Shown here: one piece after another, positions 60,080-64,000 of the stretch
How positions within the stretch are numbered: position 1 is the first letter of the stretch
How the letters are laid out: each line of letters starts with the position of its first letter
NCBI GenBank assembly: GCA_029263355.1
Contig: JAJCXQ010000686.1
Location: forward strand, 177-64,176
Direction: 5' to 3'
Origin: Acidobacteriota bacterium
GTDB lineage: Bacteria; Acidobacteriota; Thermoanaerobaculia; Multivoradales; J023
DNA: 64,000 bases
Made by a program: the position numbers and the translations under genes
The notes under the pieces: generated by a model
Seen by the model: only the letters and a program-made list of their open reading frames with translations
Told to the model about the DNA's origin: nothing
The model's database searches: none

Positions 60080-62854
60080 TCAGCGCGACCGGCAGACGGT
60101 CAGTATCGGATGGCACCTAGCTACAGCTGCGATGGTCGCTGGAGCCTCGTCACCGAGGTCCTCCCTGAGTTGAGCGAGGGCCTCGGTCAGCAGCTTCTCG
60201 CCATCCTTTTCGCGGCCCAAGGCAATCCAACATGAGCCGAGCCAACTTCTTGTCTCGGCAGTTCGCCAATGATCAGGTCGCTGCTCTTGACGGATATCGA
60301 GCGCCTCCCGCAACAAAGGTTCGGCCCCTCTTGGATCTCCATCTTCTAAACGGGATTGTCCCAGCCGAGAGAGCGGAAACGAGAGCCGCCAATGGCCTGA
60401 TGGGTAGAGGCGCCGCGACAGGGTGAGAGCCTCCTCGTACACCTTTTCCGCCTGTCCACGATCCCCTTGACCGATCAGCGCGTCACCTAGATTCCTGAGG
60501 ATGAAGGCCAACTTCTTGTTGTCCGCGCCATAGGCTCGACGGGTCGCCGCCACCGCCTGCCGATAGAGATCGAGCGCTGCATCCCCATCACCTCGCATCT
60601 GAACAGCTCGCGCCAAATTGCTGAGGCCGTCGGCGTAGGCTGGATGGTTGATCCCCTGGATCTTGCGGATGATCTCCAAGGCTTCTGACAAATACTCGAC
60701 AGCGGCCGGCAAGTCGCCACGCCGCCGACATAGCTCTCCCAAGTTGTTGAGAATCTGTGCGACCGACGGATGCTCATCCCCATAGAGCACTCGACGGATC
60801 TCCAGAGCGCTCTCCAGTAGCTCGGCTGCCTCCTCATGATCCGCTTGTGCAAGGCGCAGAACTCCGAGAGAGCTGAGAGTGATCGCCAGGTGGGGATGAT
60901 TGGCCCCCAACAGTCGGCGGTGCAGCTCGAGAGCCTGGCGCAACGGAACCTCGGCAGCGTCGAGCTCACCGCGGGCGTAGAGCGCGACCCCCAGATCGTT
61001 GAGACCGGTGGCGACCTGAGGATGTTCGTCGCCGTGTAGTTCCCGCCGAATCTCGAGCGCCCGGCGGAACAAGTCTTCAGCCTCGTCGATTCGCCCCTGA
61101 TCGTAACGCAGGTCGCCCAAAGCGCCCAAAGCCTCCGCGTGCTGTGAGACCTCGCCAACCCCGGCATCGCTCAGCGTTCGAAGAAGAGACTCAAACGTCG
61201 CCTCGGCTTGTGCATAATCACCCACCGCATGGTGCCACCGCCCACGATGCAAACGGCTGGTGAGGCTCTCGGCGGACTGCTCGCCGAACTGCGCGCGGCG
61301 GAGGTCTTCCGAGACCCTCAGCAGCGGGTCCGCATCCTCGGTGAGCCCCAGGTCCAGATACACCGAGCCCATGAGGTCCATCAGCTCTGCTCGCACCTCC
61401 GGCTGATCCGCGAGCTCGGTATTGATACGGGCCGCGCCTTGATCCAACAGCTCACGAGCCGTGACCTGGGGACCCCGTGCCGGATCAGCGTTCTCGAACA
61501 GGCCACGCAGGAAGGCCGCCACCTGTTGGGATTTGTGACCCTCGATCCGCGCCCGGTTGCGTTCAGAAGCTAGCCGCACGGTGTAAAACGTCACCAGCGC
61601 AGTGAGGACAATCACCGCCACCGAGGTACCGGCAACCGCAAGCCGATGTCGACGCAAGAATTTGCGGGTCCGATAGGCGAAAGAGTCGCTACGCGCACGG
61701 ACCGTCAGACCTTGGAGATGGCGCTGCAGGTCGTCGGCAAATCGCTCCACGGAGGCATAACGACGACGTTCATCGCGCTGTATGGCCGTCAGCACGATCG
61801 CGTCCAGATCCCCCTGTAATCTGCGCCTCCGTGCTCTAACCAAGGCTGACCTGACCTCAGCAGACCCGACCTCGTCAGCCCCAGCGTCGATGCACTCACT
61901 GGGCGGCGGCGGGTCCTGCTCACAGATGGCCGACTCCAACTCGAGCCGACTCAGATCACTGTCGTGAGGGCGTCTGTCGGTCAGTAGCTCAAAGAGCAGA
62001 ACCCCCAACGAGTAGACATCGGAAGCGGTGTTGAGCGGGCGCCCAAGAATCTGCTCGGGGCTGGCATAGTTGAGAGTAAAGAATCGCAGTGCCGCCGAGG
62101 TGGCGCCAAACTCGGCGGCGCGCTCGGGATCTAGGAGCTTGGCGATACCAAAATCTAGTAATTTGACCTCTCCGCTCCCAGTCACCAGGATGTTGGCCGG
62201 CTTGAGATCGCGATGGACCACCAAATTTCGATGCGCATACTCCACCGCTGTCAGGACGTCGCGAAACAAAGCGAGCCGCCCTTCGACCGAGACACGTAGA
62301 CGGCGGCAATACTGATCAATCGGCTCACCATCCACATACTCCATGACGAAGTAGGGCCGCCCGTCTTCGGTATTGCCGCCGTCCAGAAGCCGGGAGATAT
62401 GGGGGTGCTCGAGTTGGGCCAAGATCTGCCGCTCCTGGCGAAGCCGCCGCAGGATCTCGCCGGTATCCATACCGCGCTTGACAACCTTGATCGCCACCAG
62501 CTTGCGGTAATGTTCATCCGCCCGTTCCGCCAGATAAACGGTGCTCATGCCGCCGCGGCCGAGCTCACGTAGGATCTTGTAATTGCCGACCCGCGCCAGG
62601 CCGGACGTGGTCGCGGGCTTGTCCTGCGCCACCAGTTGGATCGTGCTGGCGATCACCCCTTCGATGCGTCGGTCGGCGTCAGCCTCCGCGCCCAGCAGGC
62701 GTTCGACCTCGAGGGCCCAGGCGAGATCGCCAGCGCAGGCCCGCACCAGGAAGGCCTTGCGCTCGTCTTCCGGCAACTCCGCGGCAGCGTAGAAAAGCTC
62801 TTCCGTCCGCTGCCACGAATGACGCGCGTCTTCGACTGTGGTGAGAGGAGACAT
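60080..62854 (-). CDS. Ser/Thr protein kinase with TM segment and C-terminal TPR repeats
   Basis: Hanks kinase motifs (LGRGGMSTVY, AIKVVK, HRDLKPANILV, DFGIAKLL, ASPEQ); TM helix (LAVAGTSVAVIVLTALVTFYTV); multiple TPR_12-like repeats. Confidence 0.88.
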   Translation of the reverse strand: MSPLTTVEDARHSWQRTEELFYAAAELPEDERKAFLVRACAGDLAWALEVERLLGAEADADRRIEGVIASTIQLVAQDKPATTSGLARVGNYKILRELGRGGMSTVYLAERADEHYRKLVAIKVVKRGMDTGEILRRLRQERQILAQLEHPHISRLLDGGNTEDGRPYFVMEYVDGEPIDQYCRRLRVSVEGRLALFRDVLTAVEYAHRNLVVHRDLKPANILVTGSGEVKLLDFGIAKLLDPERAAEFGATSAALRFFTLNYASPEQILGRPLNTASDVYSLGVLLFELLTDRRPHDSDLSRLELESAICEQDPPPPSECIDAGADEVGSAEVRSALVRARRRRLQGDLDAIVLTAIQRDERRRYASVERFADDLQRHLQGLTVRARSDSFAYRTRKFLRRHRLAVAGTSVAVIVLTALVTFYTVRLASERNRARIEGHKSQQVAAFLRGLFENADPARGPQVTARELLDQGAARINTELADQPEVRAELMDLMGSVYLDLGLTEDADPLLRVSEDLRRAQFGEQSAESLTSRLHRGRWHHAVGDYAQAEATFESLLRTLSDAGVGEVSQHAEALGALGDLRYDQGRIDEAEDLFRRALEIRRELHGDEHPQVATGLNDLGVALYARGELDAAEVPLRQALELHRRLLGANHPHLAITLSSLGVLRLAQADHEEAAELLESALEIRRVLYGDEHPSVAQILNNLGELCRRRGDLPAAVEYLSEALEIIRKIQGINHPAYADGLSNLARAVQMRGDGDAALDLYRQAVAATRRAYGADNKKLAFILRNLGDALIGQGDRGQAEKVYEEALTLSRRLYPSGHWRLSFPLSRLGQSRLEDGDPRGAEPLLREALDIRQEQRPDHWRTAETRSWLGSCWIALGREKDGEKLLTEALAQLREDLGDEAPATIAAVARCHPILTVCRSR

Positions 62855-62981
62855 CCGTGCGCGTACCCGTCAATACGAAAGACAAGCCTGGTAGACCCAA
62901 CGAGTATAGCCCTTCGAAGACGCAGGTCATGGAGACTCGGGAGAAGTACCGTCAGATGATCACCAACAACCGATCAGGGTT

Positions 62982-63272
62982 TCAGCAGGGTATCTCCGGA
63001 ACGCAGAAGTGGCCTTGAAAGCTCCACCATGTGCGACCAGTGGACAAATCGACTTCACACAGCCAGCTCTCATACCTGGCGGCGTCTGGAGTTCCAGGCT
63101 CTTGGCAACACCCTGCCCGGACGTTTTTTGTCGAATCAGCGAAGCAGCCGAAACCAGGCCCCGGCAAATGTGCGCTGGCGGGCGGTACGACAAGCAATGA
63201 GATCAAAGCAACGGAGCCCGTGATCATTGCGATCAGGGCGAAGTGACTAACGCGTTTCCATCCTCTTTCCAT
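62982..63272 (-). CDS. Small Cys-rich secreted hypothetical protein
   Basis: Signal peptide-like N-terminus (VSHFALIAMITGSVALISLLVVPPASA) and 7 Cys in 96 aa; weak. Confidence 0.3.
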   Translation of the reverse strand: MERGWKRVSHFALIAMITGSVALISLLVVPPASAHLPGPGFGCFADSTKNVRAGCCQEPGTPDAARYESWLCEVDLSTGRTWWSFQGHFCVPEIPC

Positions 63273-63410
63273 GGGTTTCTCCTAGGTGTATTGAGTTATT
63301 CGATCCGCGTGAACAGACCTGTTCTTCTCCCGAGTCCGATGCTGAATTTGGTGCTGTGAGTGGGGTCCACTCGAAGTTGGCGAATCTCGCCAGGTGAGGT
63401 CGCGACCCTC

Positions 63411-63995
63411 TCATTCGACGGTCTCGAACGCCTGAGCGAGAGCTTCCAGAGATGGGACTCCCACCCATCTGCGACCATTGATGAACAAGGTTGGGGTACC
63501 CGGAATGTCGAGCTTGCGAGCGACCTCGAGATCTCGTTCGACGACGGCTTTGCTGGCGTCAGCAACGAGGCAACGCTCGAACTCATTCGAGTCGAGCCCC
63601 ATCGCGGCAGCGAGTTGCAGAAGATCACCGGTTGGCGGCGGCGATCCGACCGAGCCGAAGATCGCGTCGTGCATCAGCCAGAAGGCGTCCTGGCTGCGGG
63701 CGCATTCCGCCGCGATAGCGAGGTCCATCGACGGCCCTGAAGGGCGTAATGGAAAGTACTTGAAGACCAAACGCGCCCGGTCTCCATAACGCGTCATGAG
63801 CTCGCCTAGGACCGGTTGCAGCTCTCGGCAAGCGCCGCAGGTGAAGTCGGAGAACTCTACAATCGTCACCGCCGGCTGAGGCGCTCCTTTAGTAGGACTG
63901 TCTCCAAGCTCTATGTTGGCTATGTCCTCAGCGAGCAGACCGGCTTTCGCTGCAGGTGGCGTCACACCTGCCAGCAGTGCATTGACGCGGACCAC
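63411..63995 (-). CDS. DsbA/thioredoxin-family oxidoreductase (probably 5'-truncated by window end)
   Basis: IVEFSDFTCGACREL CxxC active site; DsbA-like helical insert; reading frame open to window edge. Confidence 0.75.
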   Translation of the reverse strand: MVRVNALLAGVTPPAAKAGLLAEDIANIELGDSPTKGAPQPAVTIVEFSDFTCGACRELQPVLGELMTRYGDRARLVFKYFPLRPSGPSMDLAIAAECARSQDAFWLMHDAIFGSVGSPPPTGDLLQLAAAMGLDSNEFERCLVADASKAVVERDLEVARKLDIPGTPTLFINGRRWVGVPSLEALAQAFETVE

Positions 63996-64000
63996 CAGAA

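Overview
High-GC (~65%) bacterial chromosomal segment, densely coded on both strands, with many spurious antisense ORFs caused by GC bias. The most notable locus (3.7-9.7 kb) is a small RiPP-like cassette: a PqqD-family recognition protein, an HPr-kinase-related P-loop protein, an S24/S26-fold peptidase with Cys at the nucleophile position, and a PF14907-like nucleotidyltransferase. A previously unannotated 55-codon Pro-rich ORF (3747..3914) sits at the head of the peptidase gene. The cassette is wedged between two very large paralogous secreted proteins: a BNR/Asp-box repeat protein and an IPT/TIG+GEVED protein. These share a ~430-aa C-terminal module and an identical terminal F-A-D-x-F-E-S-G...A-W motif. 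No lasso cyclase or other known RiPP core enzyme is present, so the cassette resembles an uncharacterised tailoring module rather than a known RiPP class. Housekeeping genes are also present: serS followed by tRNA-Ser(UGA), lpd, a 2-oxoacid dehydrogenase E2, a fused E1 alpha/beta, a SucA-type E1 carrying an inserted cyclic-nucleotide-binding domain, a glutaredoxin-thioredoxin reductase fusion, DsbA-like oxidoreductases and rfbF. A long translationally coupled glycosylation locus holds a polyprenyl-P GT2, a methyltransferase, paralogous polytopic membrane proteins, an ArnT/PMT-like GT-C protein and three GT2s. An SLC12-like cation-chloride cotransporter homolog is present, as are two secreted HExxH metalloproteases, one with DUF4082 and one with a MAM-like domain. 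A HicB-fold/PIN toxin-antitoxin pair and a Ser/Thr kinase with TPR repeats are also present. Non-coding signals include an AT-rich array of 12-bp-arm palindromes abutting the tRNA-Ser 3' end. A 32-bp promoter-like element is duplicated upstream of serS and a membrane-protein gene. Three stacked hairpins lie between convergent redox genes.
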